Counted from the stretch's first letter, positions 19,690 through 30,578 are shown. The stretch is 64,000 bases of DNA from an uncultured Methylococcaceae bacterium (GCA_903928685.1 CAIYRS010000032.1:414-64413), one strand, 5' to 3'. Made by a program: numbers and translations. Notes: generated by a model not told the origin, from the letters alone.

Positions 19690-20775
19690 ATGACAAAAAA
19701 AATTGCAGTTTTACCCGGTGATGGCATTGGCCCTGAAATCGTCACTGAGGCCGTAAAAGTTCTTGAATGTTTAAATTCACAAATGGCATTAGGCATTGAG
19801 TTTGAACACGGTTTGATTGGCGGCGCGGCTTATGATGAATACGGTACGCCGTTTCCAGAACAAACCCTAAGCTTGGCAAAAGCTGCTGATGCGGTGTTTC
19901 TTGGCGCAGTTGGCGGACCTAAATGGGAATCTTTGGATATTTCTTTGCGTCCAGAAAAAGGTTTGTTAGGGTTACGTTCGGAATTGCAATTGTTTTCCAA
20001 TTTACGCCCTGCCATTTTATATCCGCAATTAGTATATGCCTCAACCTTAAAACCTGAAGTCGTTTCTGGTTTAGATATTATGATTGTCCGCGAACTTACT
20101 GGCGGCATTTACTTTGGCAAACCGCGTGGTGTCAGAGTATTGGAAAATGGTGAACGTCAAGGATTCAATACCTTGGTCTATTCCGAGTCAGAAATCCGCC
20201 GTATCGCCCATTCTGCCTTACAAATAGCGCAAAAAAGAAACCGTCGCCTGTGTTCTGTAGACAAAGCCAATGTGTTGGAATGCACCGAGCTTTGGCGTGA
20301 AATCGTCACTGATACCGCTAAGCTTTATCCGGATGTGCAACTAAGCCATATGTATGTTGATAATGCCGCGATGCAATTAGTCCGCGCACCTAAGCAATTT
20401 GATGTGATGGTGACCAGTAATATGTTTGGCGATATTTTATCGGATGCCGCTGCCATGTTGACAGGCTCTATCGGCATGTTGCCATCCGCTTCTTTGGACG
20501 CAAACAATAAAGGTATGTACGAACCCATCCACGGTTCAGCCCCTGATATTGCGGGTAAGGGCATTGCCAATCCATTAGCGACTATTTTGTCTGCCGCCAT
20601 GATGTTGCGTTATACCTTTAATGAAATTGAAGCTGCTGACCGTATTGAGCAGGCTGTCAATAATGCCTTAGATGCCAATGTCCGCACTGCGGATATTTAT
20701 TCTGAAGGTATGCAAAAAGTCAGCACTTCAGAAATGGGTGATACAGTGGTTGCAGAATTGAAAAAAGGCATTTGA
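19690..20775 (+). CDS. leuB: 3-isopropylmalate dehydrogenase
   Basis: [16 protein letters not shown] and NMFGDILSD motifs. 361 aa. Confidence 0.95.
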   Translation: MTKKIAVLPGDGIGPEIVTEAVKVLECLNSQMALGIEFEHGLIGGAAYDEYGTPFPEQTLSLAKAADAVFLGAVGGPKWESLDISLRPEKGLLGLRSELQLFSNLRPAILYPQLVYASTLKPEVVSGLDIMIVRELTGGIYFGKPRGVRVLENGERQGFNTLVYSESEIRRIAHSALQIAQKRNRRLCSVDKANVLECTELWREIVTDTAKLYPDVQLSHMYVDNAAMQLVRAPKQFDVMVTSNMFGDILSDAAAMLTGSIGMLPSASLDANNKGMYEPIHGSAPDIAGKGIANPLATILSAAMMLRYTFNEIEAADRIEQAVNNALDANVRTADIYSEGMQKVSTSEMGDTVVAELKKGI

Positions 20776-20776
20776 T

Positions 20777-21799
20777 ATGACTAAGGTTTATAACGTCGCT
20801 GTTGTCGGGGCTACCGGTGCGGTAGGTGAGGCCATGTTGGCCATTCTTGAAGAGCGTAAATTTCCGGTTGGTGAAGTTTATGCGTTGGCTAGCAGCAAAT
20901 CCGCAGGTAAACGCATCCCTTTTAATGGCGGCTATTTACGCGTTGAAGATTTAGCTGAATTTGATTTTTCTAAGGCGCAAATCGGCTTATTTTCACCTGG
21001 CGCGTCAGTTTCGGCGGAATATGCGCCAAAAGCGGCGGCTGCGGGTTGTATAGTTATCGATAACACGTCACAATTTCGCTACGATGAGGATATTCCTTTA
21101 GTTGTTCCTGAAGTCAATCCTGAAAAAATCATCGAGTATAAAAATCGCGGCATTATTGCCAATCCTAATTGTTCAACCATCCAAATGTTAGTGGCGTTAA
21201 AACCCATTTATGATGCGGTCGGTATTACTCGTATTAATGTTTGTACTTATCAAGCGGTTTCTGGCACAGGCAAAGAAGCTATAGAAGAATTGGCTATGCA
21301 AACTGCACAGTTGCTTAATGCCAAAACCATCACCACGAATGTCTATCCTAAACAAATTGCCTTTAATGTTTTGCCGCAGATAGACGTTTTTATGGACAAT
21401 GGTTACACCAAAGAAGAAATGAAAATGGTTTGGGAAACCCGAAAAATTATGGGTGACGAGAGCATTTTGGTGAATCCTACAGCAGTTCGTGTGCCTGTTT
21501 TCTATGGACATTCGGAAGCGGTTCATATTGAAACCCGTGAGAAAATCTCTGCTGAGAAAGTGCGAGAACTGTTACAAAATGCGCCGGGCGTTACGGTTAT
21601 TGATGAACGTAAAGACGGCGGCTACCCTACGGCAGTAACCGATTCGTCAGGTCGTGATGACGTGTTTGTTGGTCGTATCCGTGAAGATATATCGCATCCA
21701 AATGGTATTAATCTTTGGGTGGTTTCTGATAATGTCCGTAAAGGCGCGGCATTAAATAGTGTACAGATTGCTGAAGAACTGGTAAAAAATCATATCTAG
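20777..21799 (+). CDS. asd: aspartate-semialdehyde dehydrogenase (short, ~340 aa class)
   Basis: N-terminal VVGATGAVGE. The active-site Cys is retained in IANPNCSTIQ, which separates it from the Cys-less USG-1 paralogues. Confidence 0.85.
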   Translation: MTKVYNVAVVGATGAVGEAMLAILEERKFPVGEVYALASSKSAGKRIPFNGGYLRVEDLAEFDFSKAQIGLFSPGASVSAEYAPKAAAAGCIVIDNTSQFRYDEDIPLVVPEVNPEKIIEYKNRGIIANPNCSTIQMLVALKPIYDAVGITRINVCTYQAVSGTGKEAIEELAMQTAQLLNAKTITTNVYPKQIAFNVLPQIDVFMDNGYTKEEMKMVWETRKIMGDESILVNPTAVRVPVFYGHSEAVHIETREKISAEKVRELLQNAPGVTVIDERKDGGYPTAVTDSSGRDDVFVGRIREDISHPNGINLWVVSDNVRKGAALNSVQIAEELVKNHI

Positions 21800-21864
21800 T
21801 CTAAGCTTTGTTATTTGACTATTGGCGTTAAGATACTGTGGAAACTATTTTGAAGGAGAGAGGC

Positions 21865-24318
21865 GTGCGCAATCTAACCAAGACTTTAGCGATAGTATCG
21901 TTATTGGTACCTGCTAGTGCTTATCCTTTAGGTGTGGGTGAAATTACATTACATTCTGCTCTTAATCAAAACCTTAGTGCTGAGATTGCTTTAGTTTTGG
22001 CTCCAGGTGAGAAAGCGGCAGATATAAAAGTTAATTTAGCCCCGCCCGATAAGTTTGATCAAACTGGCGTACCGTGGACGTACTTTTTATCTAAACTCAA
22101 GTTTCAGACAATTGCATCACCGAATGGCGCTATCGTAAAAATTACTTCTAATGAAGAATTAAAAGAGCCATTCCTTGATTTTTTGCTTGAAGTAACTTGG
22201 CCTAAAGGCAGCTTGTACAGAGAATTTACCGTCTTGGTCGATCCGCCTGATGTGTATCAACAAGCTGTCGTTCCTGTCATTACCCCGATAGAAAGCGAAC
22301 AACCTCTGCAAACGCCAGAGTTGCCTATCCGTCGGCGTACCCCTTCTGCTTCAAAACCAAAAGCCCCTAAGGTACAAAGAATTCAAGCACCGGTTGTTGC
22401 CAGTGTCGGTCAATATGGGCCTACAGTTAAGAATGATAATTTATGGCGAGTTGCCGAAAGGGTGAGTTCCAGTTCTGGGGTTTCCGTTGAGCAAACTATG
22501 ATCGGTTTGTATCAAGCCAATCCACAAGCGTTTTACAAACAGAACATCAATGCTTTGATGGCGGGTAAACGCTTAAATATTCCAGAACGTAATGCGTTGT
22601 TGAAATTGACCAGGCAACAAGCCTTGGATGAGTTCGACAGGCAAAACAAAGCTTGGCGTAACCGTTCGGTAGAGCCAATTCCTTCTGTTGTGGTTGAAGA
22701 GTCAGCGACAGAAAACCAACTTACCTTAGAAGCGCCCAAACAAGATACTGTCCGGGAATCGACGACAGCAGCTTCTATAGACATTGGTAATCCAACTGCC
22801 AATAAAACCGTTACCGAAAAAGCTGCCGATAATGCGGCTGCAACAACGGCTCAAACCGTAGCTGAACCTAGCAAAACCCAACAAGCAGCAAATGCTGGCA
22901 CGCCTTCATCATCGGATGAAGAGATAAAATCGAAGATTGCTGCGCTAGAGAAACAGCTGGCAGTGATGCAAGATATTATCACCTTAAAAGACCAGCAATT
23001 GGCAACGCTGCAAGGCCAGCCACCAAAAACACCTGCTGCAACAGAGCAGCAAAAGTCAGTGCCTACAGTTGAGAAAAAAGTAGAGCCGCCAGTTGCATCG
23101 GTAAAAACTGAAGAGGTAAAACCAGTTGCAAAGCCTGTGGTTGTTCCACCGCCTGCACCTGTTGTTGAACAAGAACCAGAAACAGACTGGGTATATTTGT
23201 TTGCTGGTGGCACAGGTTTTGGTTTGTTGGGCTATATTGCTTGGGTCATGTTGCGCAGAAGAAACCAAAACCAATTCGACATTGAGTCGATGTATGGTTA
23301 CACAGATACTGACAGCGCCTCTAAGCCAATTACCAGTAATGTTTTTCAAGGATCAATTCTTGAAGAAGTTTCCGTTGATAGTTTGGATAACGGCGATAAT
23401 TTATTCAGTAGTGACCTTACTAGCAATGATTTTGACATGTTTGATATGGATCAGGGTGAAATTGATCCTATTTCAGAAGCTGATGTTTATTTGGCATATG
23501 GTCGTTATCAACAAGCTGAAGAGCTAATGCGCCACGCCATTCAGGATCAGCCTGCTCGCGATGACTTCAAGCTTAAGTTGTTAGAAATTTATTATGCCAA
23601 TGAAAAAAATCAAGAATTTGATCGCTATGCCAATGAGTTGTTCGATATGGGCAAAAATAGTGACAATGTTTTTTGGGCAAAAGTCGTTGAGATGGGCAGT
23701 GAGATTTGCCCAGATTCAGTGTTATTTAGCGGGCAAAACGGTCGTGTTGAGTTAAGAAAAAAACCAGCTGTTGAAGATGGAAAGCTTGCTGCTTCCAATT
23801 CAGATCAGTTACTCGATGAGATGGATTTTAATCTCGCGTCGTTTGAGGAGTTGTTTGGCGGTAGTACTTTAGGTTCAGAGAAGGAAAATCCAGTCAGCTT
23901 GGGTAAACCCAATGATGACTTGTTTAGTCCTGAGCTACTGGGTGCAGCGGAAGAGCCAAAAGCCAATAATGAAGCGATTGATTTTGATTTTGATCTATTT
24001 GCCTCAGAACTTGATAATGAGCCCAAAACACCAAAGACTGAAACTAAAAGTGACAGTACGCTAGAAACGGTTGAATTTGCTAGCCCTAGCCCTAGCCAAG
24101 GTAAAGATTTGGCCGACCCGTTTTTTGACATCAGTTCTTTTGGGACATCTAATTTGGCCGATATGGATGAAATGGAGACTAAATTGGACTTAGCTATTGC
24201 TTATGTCGATATGGGTGATAATGAAGCAGCCAAAGGTATCGCAGCAGAAGTTTTAAAAAATGGCAACAAAGAGCAGCAAATGGTTGCCAAATCATTGCTT
24301 GATAGTTTGCTTTTATAA
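21865..24318 (+). CDS. fimV: FimV-like peptidoglycan-binding pilus assembly/scaffold protein
   Basis: FimV N-terminal motif LGVGEITLHSALNQNLSAEI, LysM-like segment (NLWRVAER...GKRLNIP), one TM helix and the FimV C-terminal motif LDLAIAYVDMGDNEAAKGIAAEVL. I prefer the GTG at 21865, which follows the RBS aaggagag. The ORF track uses the GTG at 21838. Confidence 0.85.
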   Translation: MRNLTKTLAIVSLLVPASAYPLGVGEITLHSALNQNLSAEIALVLAPGEKAADIKVNLAPPDKFDQTGVPWTYFLSKLKFQTIASPNGAIVKITSNEELKEPFLDFLLEVTWPKGSLYREFTVLVDPPDVYQQAVVPVITPIESEQPLQTPELPIRRRTPSASKPKAPKVQRIQAPVVASVGQYGPTVKNDNLWRVAERVSSSSGVSVEQTMIGLYQANPQAFYKQNINALMAGKRLNIPERNALLKLTRQQALDEFDRQNKAWRNRSVEPIPSVVVEESATENQLTLEAPKQDTVRESTTAASIDIGNPTANKTVTEKAADNAAATTAQTVAEPSKTQQAANAGTPSSSDEEIKSKIAALEKQLAVMQDIITLKDQQLATLQGQPPKTPAATEQQKSVPTVEKKVEPPVASVKTEEVKPVAKPVVVPPPAPVVEQEPETDWVYLFAGGTGFGLLGYIAWVMLRRRNQNQFDIESMYGYTDTDSASKPITSNVFQGSILEEVSVDSLDNGDNLFSSDLTSNDFDMFDMDQGEIDPISEADVYLAYGRYQQAEELMRHAIQDQPARDDFKLKLLEIYYANEKNQEFDRYANELFDMGKNSDNVFWAKVVEMGSEICPDSVLFSGQNGRVELRKKPAVEDGKLAASNSDQLLDEMDFNLASFEELFGGSTLGSEKENPVSLGKPNDDLFSPELLGAAEEPKANNEAIDFDFDLFASELDNEPKTPKTETKSDSTLETVEFASPSPSQGKDLADPFFDISSFGTSNLADMDEMETKLDLAIAYVDMGDNEAAKGIAAEVLKNGNKEQQMVAKSLLDSLLL

Positions 24319-24327
24319 TTTCAAATA

Positions 24328-24363
24328 AGACACAGTAAGTCTGTTTTTGGGCTTACTGTGTCT
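24328..24363 (+). terminator. stem-loop after fimV
   Basis: The arm AGACACAGTAAG (24328-24339) pairs with CTTACTGTGTCT (24352-24363) around a T-rich loop. There is no clear 3' U-tract. Confidence 0.4.
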
Positions 24364-24758
24364 ATCATTAGTCTTTTGGCTAATTTTAACTATTAGCCAG
24401 CATCGATAACGGTTGAATTGAACAGGCTTAAATCATTAAGCTGTCGCTTTGAGCGAATGGTTTGTGCCGTACAATCCGTTAATTTACAATCATTGTCACC
24501 AGAATCTAAAAGTAGAATTTATTGTTTTTCAAGAGTAAATTTTTACTAAAAAATCAAAATGTAGCCCGTTTTTAAAGTGATTATTGCGTCGTGTTTTTTA
24601 TAGAAAACGATAAAGCAAGTAGGGCATCGCCATAAAATTTGTGAGCCTCGATGAGGAAAACTTAAGCTAGAATACGCCGTAATAGTTTTAGAACTCTGTT
24701 AGAATCCAATATTTATCCAAATATATCCGTATTTAAACCATTCCAGTGGGCTATTAAG

Positions 24759-27191
24759 ATGCTTGATAAAGGTTGTAGAAATAAAACTAAATTAATCACT
24801 TCAGTGTTGGTTGTTTTAACGTTATTGCAAGCTTGCAACAAAGAAGAAGATGCCCAAGAGCATCTGCAAAAAGGCGTCGAGTATCTTAATAACGGGGAAT
24901 ATGAAAAAGCCCAGTTGGAATTAAAAACCTCAAACCAAGCCAACAAAGATACCGCTGATACCTATTACTATTTAGCGTTGCTAGATGAAAAGACTCGCAA
25001 CTTTAAAGTCATGAAAGAAAATTTGCTCAAAGCGATTGAGCTGTCTTCGGATCATGTTAAAGCCAGGGTGAAATTGGGTAATTTGTATATTTTATTGGGT
25101 GATATTGATAGCGCAAACCAACAGGCCGAAGCGGTTTTAGCCATCGCCAATCAAAATGAAGAAGCATTATTACTGAAAGCATCGGTAGAAATTGGCCTAA
25201 AAAAATATAACGAAGCGGTTGCTGTTATTGATGGCGTACTGAAAACAAACCCCAAAAGTGGTGATGCTATCGCTTTGAAATCCTTGCTGTATTCCCAGCA
25301 GGGCGATACGGTTAAAGCGCTTGCCTTAATTGATGATGCTTTGAAATTAGATGCCAAAAATGTTGCATGGCATATCTTTAAAATCCAGTTGCATTCAAAT
25401 GCCAAAGAGCAGGATGCTGTAATCAATGATTTTAATAACTTAATTGCTGCATTCCCAGACAATCAAGAATATAAAATCATGTTGGTTAAAGAATATGCCC
25501 GTAATGGGGATGACAAACAGGCCGAGGCTTTAATCACTAAAATAATTGCCGCCGCACCTAAGGATGTCAGGCCAAAATTATTGTTGTTAGATCTTATTGT
25601 CACAGGTGAAGAAAACAAGGGTTCTGATAAGTTAACCAAGCAATTCAATGAGTTTGTAGAGCAATATAAAACGGACGCACAATCCCTGCTTACCTTTGCC
25701 GATTGGATGTCAAAAAGAAGAGATTTTGATGAAGCGAATTCGGTGCTTAACCGGATATTGGCGATAGAAAAAAAATCGGAAATGGGTTATGTCGCAAAAA
25801 TCAAGTTAGCCCGTAACGCTTTAGATAATAATGAAGTTGAAAAAGCGGCTACTTATATCAATGAGGTACTTACAGCCAATCCAGATCTGGATGCGGCTAA
25901 AATTGTCCAATCCCGCATTTTGATTTCTAAAAAACAATTTGATGAAGCCCTTGGCCTGTTGAATAAAATTGATTGGAGCACACCAAATTCTGACGAAATT
26001 AAGTTTTTGTTTGGTCAAGCTTATTTGGGCAAAGGCGATGATGAAAAAGCACAGGCGCATTTTGCTAAAGCTCTGGAATTAAACCCGAGCAATTTGGATG
26101 CTTTCGGATTTGTTTACAACAGTGCTATGGCAAGAAAAGATGTTAAATACGCCAAAGACTTATTAGAAAAAACCCTAAAATATTTGCCATCCAATCTAAT
26201 TTTACTGCAACAATTGGGGCAACTTAATGTAATGAACAAAGATTGGAATGGTTCCCAATCGGTTGTTCGTGCTATTGCTAATGTTGAAAATCCTTTAGCG
26301 AAAGATTTGTCCAGATATTTACAGGCACAAGTCTACCAAGCCCAAGAAAACTACCCCAAAGCCATTGAGATATATAAGCAGTTATTAGATAAGTTTCCTG
26401 AGAATACCGATGCTTTAAACAATATGGCGACTTGTTATGAGAAATTGAATAAGCGTCAAGATATGGTGGCTTACTTAAATGGGGTTTTGCAGAAAGAACC
26501 TGACAACATATCCGCGGCTGTAATCGTTATCCGCTATTTTGTTCAAGATAAGGAATTCGATAAAGCTGCCGCTTTGCTATCCCAAGCGATTAAAGCCGAT
26601 CCAAAAAATGCCAAGCTATATAGCTATTTAGCGAGTGTCAAATTATCGCAAGGTGATAGTAAAGGCATGATAGCTACTTATCAGGAAGGCATTAAAAACA
26701 ACCCCAAGGACATTGAGTTGCCCTTGTTATTGGCAAGTGGGTATGAATCACAAAATAACTTTACTTCGGCAATTGAAATTTATGAAAAGTTATTAGTGGA
26801 AAATCCAAAGCTTGAAATTGCCATAAATAATTTAGCCAGCATATTGGCGGATCAATTTACTGATAAGGACAAAATTGACAGGGCAGTACTATTGTCGAAA
26901 GTTTTTAAAAACGCATCACAACCCACACTTAAAGATACCTACGGATGGGCTTTAATCAAACAAGGAAATATAGACGAAGGCTTGGTTGTTTTAAAAGAAG
27001 TGGTTACCAGTGCGCCTGATGTGCCAGTATTTAAATATCATTTAGCGACGGCTTTGTATAAAAAAGGCGATTTAGCCGCTGCAAAATCTGAAATAAAGCA
27101 AGCAATCGATCAAGCTATATTGAGAAAACTGCCTGATGAGCAGAAAAATGCCGAACTGTTGTTAAAAGAATTGGAAAAGTCTGAAAAATAA
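24759..27191 (+). CDS. prsT: PEP-CTERM system TPR-repeat lipoprotein (PrsT-like)
   Basis: Lipobox LLQAC at the N-terminus. The 810-aa protein is composed almost entirely of TPR repeats and sits at the head of the XrtA-type EPS gene set. Confidence 0.75.
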   Translation: MLDKGCRNKTKLITSVLVVLTLLQACNKEEDAQEHLQKGVEYLNNGEYEKAQLELKTSNQANKDTADTYYYLALLDEKTRNFKVMKENLLKAIELSSDHVKARVKLGNLYILLGDIDSANQQAEAVLAIANQNEEALLLKASVEIGLKKYNEAVAVIDGVLKTNPKSGDAIALKSLLYSQQGDTVKALALIDDALKLDAKNVAWHIFKIQLHSNAKEQDAVINDFNNLIAAFPDNQEYKIMLVKEYARNGDDKQAEALITKIIAAAPKDVRPKLLLLDLIVTGEENKGSDKLTKQFNEFVEQYKTDAQSLLTFADWMSKRRDFDEANSVLNRILAIEKKSEMGYVAKIKLARNALDNNEVEKAATYINEVLTANPDLDAAKIVQSRILISKKQFDEALGLLNKIDWSTPNSDEIKFLFGQAYLGKGDDEKAQAHFAKALELNPSNLDAFGFVYNSAMARKDVKYAKDLLEKTLKYLPSNLILLQQLGQLNVMNKDWNGSQSVVRAIANVENPLAKDLSRYLQAQVYQAQENYPKAIEIYKQLLDKFPENTDALNNMATCYEKLNKRQDMVAYLNGVLQKEPDNISAAVIVIRYFVQDKEFDKAAALLSQAIKADPKNAKLYSYLASVKLSQGDSKGMIATYQEGIKNNPKDIELPLLLASGYESQNNFTSAIEIYEKLLVENPKLEIAINNLASILADQFTDKDKIDRAVLLSKVFKNASQPTLKDTYGWALIKQGNIDEGLVVLKEVVTSAPDVPVFKYHLATALYKKGDLAAAKSEIKQAIDQAILRKLPDEQKNAELLLKELEKSEK

Positions 27192-27241
27192 CCAGCCAAT
27201 TAATGTTTAAAATTCCATTTTATTAATTTTCGGAGACAGTT

Positions 27242-28252
27242 TTGAAGATATTGGTAACAGGGGCAGCTGGGTTTATTGGCTCCACCCTGAGCATTAAATT
27301 GCTGGAAAGGGGAGATGAAGTTGTTGGTATCGATAATTTAAACGATTACTACGACGTAAACTTGAAGTTAGCCCGATTAGAAAGGTTAAAAACATATCAA
27401 CAATTTAAGTTTATTAAAGTTGATATTGCCGACAGAGTGGCAATCGAAGCACTTTTTAAGGCCGAAAAATTTGACAGGGTCATGCACTTAGCTGCACAAG
27501 CGGGTGTTAGGTATTCATTGACCAACCCACATGCGTATATCGATGCCAATATTGTTGGTTTTACCAATATTTTGGAAGGATGTCGCCATAACGAGGTTGA
27601 GCATTTAGTTTACGCCTCATCCAGTTCGGTTTATGGCGCGAATACCAATATGCCGTTCTCTATCCATGATAACGTCGACCATCCGGTTTCGTTATACGCC
27701 GCCAGTAAAAAAGCCAATGAGTTGATGGCGCATACCTATAGCCATTTGTATCGCTTGCCAACTTCAGGATTGCGGTTTTTTACCGTCTATGGGCCATGGG
27801 GCAGGCCGGATATGTCGTTGTTTATGTTTACCCAAAATATTTTAGAAGGTAAACCGATAGATGTATTTAATTTCGGCAACCATCGTCGCGATTTTACTTA
27901 TATTGATGATATTGTCGAAGGCGTCGTTAGGGTAATAGACCAACCGGCAACCTCGAATCCCAATTGGCAAGGTGATAATCCTGATCCAGGCACCAGTTTG
28001 GCGCCTTACCGGGTTTACAATATTGGTAATAATAACCCGGTACATTTATTGACCTTTATTGAAACCTTAGAAAATTGTCTGGGTAAAAAAGCCATTAAAA
28101 ACCTGTTGCCTCTGCAACTGGGTGATGTGCCGGATACTTATGCCGATGTCAGTGATTTGGTCAATGATTTTAACTATAAACCAGCCACATTATTAGTAGA
28201 TGGCGTGAGCAAATTTGTTGCTTGGTATAAAGATTTTTATAAGGTCGCCTAA
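27242..28252 (+). CDS. NAD-dependent nucleotide-sugar 4-epimerase (UDP-glucuronate/UDP-GlcNAcA 4-epimerase family)
   Basis: TTG start after RBS ggaga. Rossmann motif [10 protein letters not shown] and SDR catalytic YAASKKANE. Strong resemblance to the Cap1J/LpsL/WbnF family. Confidence 0.85.
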   Translation: MKILVTGAAGFIGSTLSIKLLERGDEVVGIDNLNDYYDVNLKLARLERLKTYQQFKFIKVDIADRVAIEALFKAEKFDRVMHLAAQAGVRYSLTNPHAYIDANIVGFTNILEGCRHNEVEHLVYASSSSVYGANTNMPFSIHDNVDHPVSLYAASKKANELMAHTYSHLYRLPTSGLRFFTVYGPWGRPDMSLFMFTQNILEGKPIDVFNFGNHRRDFTYIDDIVEGVVRVIDQPATSNPNWQGDNPDPGTSLAPYRVYNIGNNNPVHLLTFIETLENCLGKKAIKNLLPLQLGDVPDTYADVSDLVNDFNYKPATLLVDGVSKFVAWYKDFYKVA

Positions 28253-29544
28253 TGTCCGATCACAAAAGAAAAATAGCAGTTGTCGGCTTAGGTTATGTCG
28301 GATTACCTGTCGCCGTTGAATTTGGAAAAAGCCAACAAGTTGTTGGCTTTGATATAAACCAAGAGCGAATCGATGAATTGCAACAGGGCATTGAGCGCAC
28401 TAGGGAAGTGGCGGCAGCCGATTTAGCGGCAGCGAATATTTTGTATACTTGTGATGCCAACGATTTAAAAAAAGCCGATTTTCATATAATCGCCGTACCA
28501 ACCCCGATAAACCACGCCAAACAACCTGATTTATCGCCGGTTATCAATGCCTCAATAACCGTCGGAAGGCAGCTTAAAAAAGGCGATATAGTCGTCTATG
28601 AATCCACTGTTTATCCCGGTGCAACTGAAGAAGACTGTATTCCGGTACTAGAACGCGAATCTGGATTGCGTTGGTTGGAAGACTTCAATGTCGGTTACTC
28701 CCCTGAACGCATCAACCCGGGCGATAAAGTCCACACCTTTAAAACCATCACTAAAGTGGTATCGGGCGATACTCCCGCTACCTTGGATATAGTCGCAGCC
28801 GTCTATCAATCCGTTGTTACCGCAGGCGTACATAAAGCCCCTAGCATTAAAGTCGCTGAAGCCGCCAAAGTCATTGAAAATACCCAAAGGGATTTGAATA
28901 TCTCCCTAATGAATGAGCTGGCCTTAATTTTCAATAAAATGGCTATTGATACCCGTGACGTATTAACGGCGGCATCCTCAAAATGGAATTTTTTGCCGTT
29001 TGAACCAGGCTTGGTTGGCGGTCATTGCATCGGGGTTGACCCTTATTATCTGACGTATAAAGCCGCTGTTTTAGGCTATTCCCCGCAAGTAATACTGGCA
29101 GGCAGAAGCATTAATGACAGCATGGGCGGTTTTATAGCCAGCCAAACCATTAAAGAATTGATTAAAGCAGGCGTTAACGTCAAAGGCAGTGTGGTCACTA
29201 TCTTAGGCTTTAGCTTTAAAGAAAATGTCCCAGATACCCGAAATACCCGGGTAATTGATATAGTCTTAGAGCTTGCCGAATATGGCATTGACGTCCAAGT
29301 CTTCGAGCCAATGGCGGATGCCCACGAAATACAAGCAGAATACGGTCTTGCTGTTACCACAGAAGAAGCGCTGTTAAAGCCGGCCAATGCCGTCATTTTG
29401 GCGGTAGCGCACCAATATTTTATGGATAAAAGTTGGCCTTATATGGCGCAACTGTTGATAGATCAGGCTGGTATCGTCATTGATGTTAAAGGCAAGCTGG
29501 ATAGGGATACCATACCCGATAATATCCGTTTTTGGCGGTTGTAG
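28252..29544 (+). CDS. UDP-N-acetyl-D-glucosamine (or related) 6-dehydrogenase, TviB/WbpO family
   Basis: Near-colinear with TviB as I recall it: VGLGYVGLPVAVEFGK, VVYESTVYPGATEE, YSPERINPGDK, KVAEAAKVIENTQRDLNI and GLVGGHCIGVDPYYL (catalytic Cys). The start overlaps the epimerase stop (TAATG). Confidence 0.88.
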   Translation: MSDHKRKIAVVGLGYVGLPVAVEFGKSQQVVGFDINQERIDELQQGIERTREVAAADLAAANILYTCDANDLKKADFHIIAVPTPINHAKQPDLSPVINASITVGRQLKKGDIVVYESTVYPGATEEDCIPVLERESGLRWLEDFNVGYSPERINPGDKVHTFKTITKVVSGDTPATLDIVAAVYQSVVTAGVHKAPSIKVAEAAKVIENTQRDLNISLMNELALIFNKMAIDTRDVLTAASSKWNFLPFEPGLVGGHCIGVDPYYLTYKAAVLGYSPQVILAGRSINDSMGGFIASQTIKELIKAGVNVKGSVVTILGFSFKENVPDTRNTRVIDIVLELAEYGIDVQVFEPMADAHEIQAEYGLAVTTEEALLKPANAVILAVAHQYFMDKSWPYMAQLLIDQAGIVIDVKGKLDRDTIPDNIRFWRL

Positions 29545-29754
29545 AAAATCGCTAAAAATTTATTTTAAACAGGCTATGCTACGCAATTGCGGTCTTGTTC
29601 GGTATTTGAAATCCTCATGTGTATCCATACACCCCAGTTTTTCCTTTCTGTTCAACCTGCAATATAACGGTACGCAACGGTTTAAATCGGTTTTTAAGTC
29701 AAAGAGTTTTTCATAAATATTGGCATCAGTGTTTAAAAATAAGGTGATACTGAG

Positions 29755-30489
29755 ATGTTTCTAAGAAAATTTTATTGGATATTGGCTGTATTGGTTTTAT
29801 GCCTTTCAGCGTGTTCGCGCCCGCCGCAATTAGCTGATGAAGATATAGTCGTGCCATCAGACTACACTTACGTTATTGGCCCTGGCGATAGTTTGAACAT
29901 CTTTGTTTGGGGCAATCCAGACCTATCCACTAATGCCACGGTTAGGCCAGATGGGAAAATTACCATTCCCCTTGCAGAAGACTTATTGGCGACCGGTAAA
30001 ACCCCAGCCCAACTAGCGCGGGTAATGGAAAAAATCTTATCCAAATATGTCCGTGATCCGCAAATTGTTATCATGGTGCAGGGATTTCAAGGTACATATA
30101 GCCAGCAAGTCCGTATCATCGGGCAATTGAGTGGCGGCAGCAGCGGTGGCGGAAGCAGTCTCGGCAGTGCAGGATCATTAGGATCGGGATCGTCTGGGCT
30201 AGGATCATCATCCGGTGGCGGCGGTTCTGGATTTGGCGGTGGTAGCGCAGGCTTCTCGGCAAAATCTTTTCCGTATAAAAAAGATATGACCTTATTGGAT
30301 TTAATGATTCAAATCGGTGGCTTAGGCCAATATGCTGATGGTAACCGCGCCAGTATTTTACGGAATATCGGTGGTGAGCAGCACCGTTTTGGTATTAGGA
30401 TAAATGATTTGATTGAAGAAGCGGATTTAACGGCAAATGTAAAAATAATGCCGGGCGACATCATTATTATCCCCGAATCCTTCTTTTAA
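29755..30489 (+). CDS. XrtA/PEP-CTERM-type polysaccharide export lipoprotein (Wza-like Poly_export + SLBB) with a Gly/Ser-rich insert
   Basis: Lipobox LSAC. The Poly_export-like segment YVIGPGDSLNIFVWGNPDLS...VRPDGKITIPL is followed by a ~43-residue G/S linker and then an SLBB-like C-terminus. Confidence 0.8.
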   Translation: MFLRKFYWILAVLVLCLSACSRPPQLADEDIVVPSDYTYVIGPGDSLNIFVWGNPDLSTNATVRPDGKITIPLAEDLLATGKTPAQLARVMEKILSKYVRDPQIVIMVQGFQGTYSQQVRIIGQLSGGSSGGGSSLGSAGSLGSGSSGLGSSSGGGGSGFGGGSAGFSAKSFPYKKDMTLLDLMIQIGGLGQYADGNRASILRNIGGEQHRFGIRINDLIEEADLTANVKIMPGDIIIIPESFF

Positions 30490-30578
30490 GTATTTGGACG
30501 CGTTGTTAAGGTAATTTTACAAAAACGGAATTGCCTTTAAATTAAATTAATAGGTTCTCCTAAGGCCAAACTTACACC

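Noticed and set aside
20777-21799. The possibility that the 340-aa Asd-like protein is the non-catalytic USG-1 paralogue that often precedes fimV/truA.
   Set aside because: The active-site cysteine is present (NPNCSTIQ), whereas USG-1 proteins as I recall them lack it. I call it a short-class Asd.
29721-29736. Sigma-54-like promoter TGGCAT-cagtg-TTTAA upstream of the Wza-like exporter gene.
   Set aside because: The -12 element lacks the conserved GC (TTTA instead of TTGC). The implied transcription start would fall on or after the RBS, only about 9 nt before the ATG.
30130-30255. A repetitive-looking GGC/AGC-rich DNA stretch as a possible tandem repeat or array.
   Set aside because: It is in-frame coding low complexity (a Gly/Ser linker) with heterogeneous codons. 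It has no unit periodicity and no spacer structure, so it is not a CRISPR or VNTR-like array.
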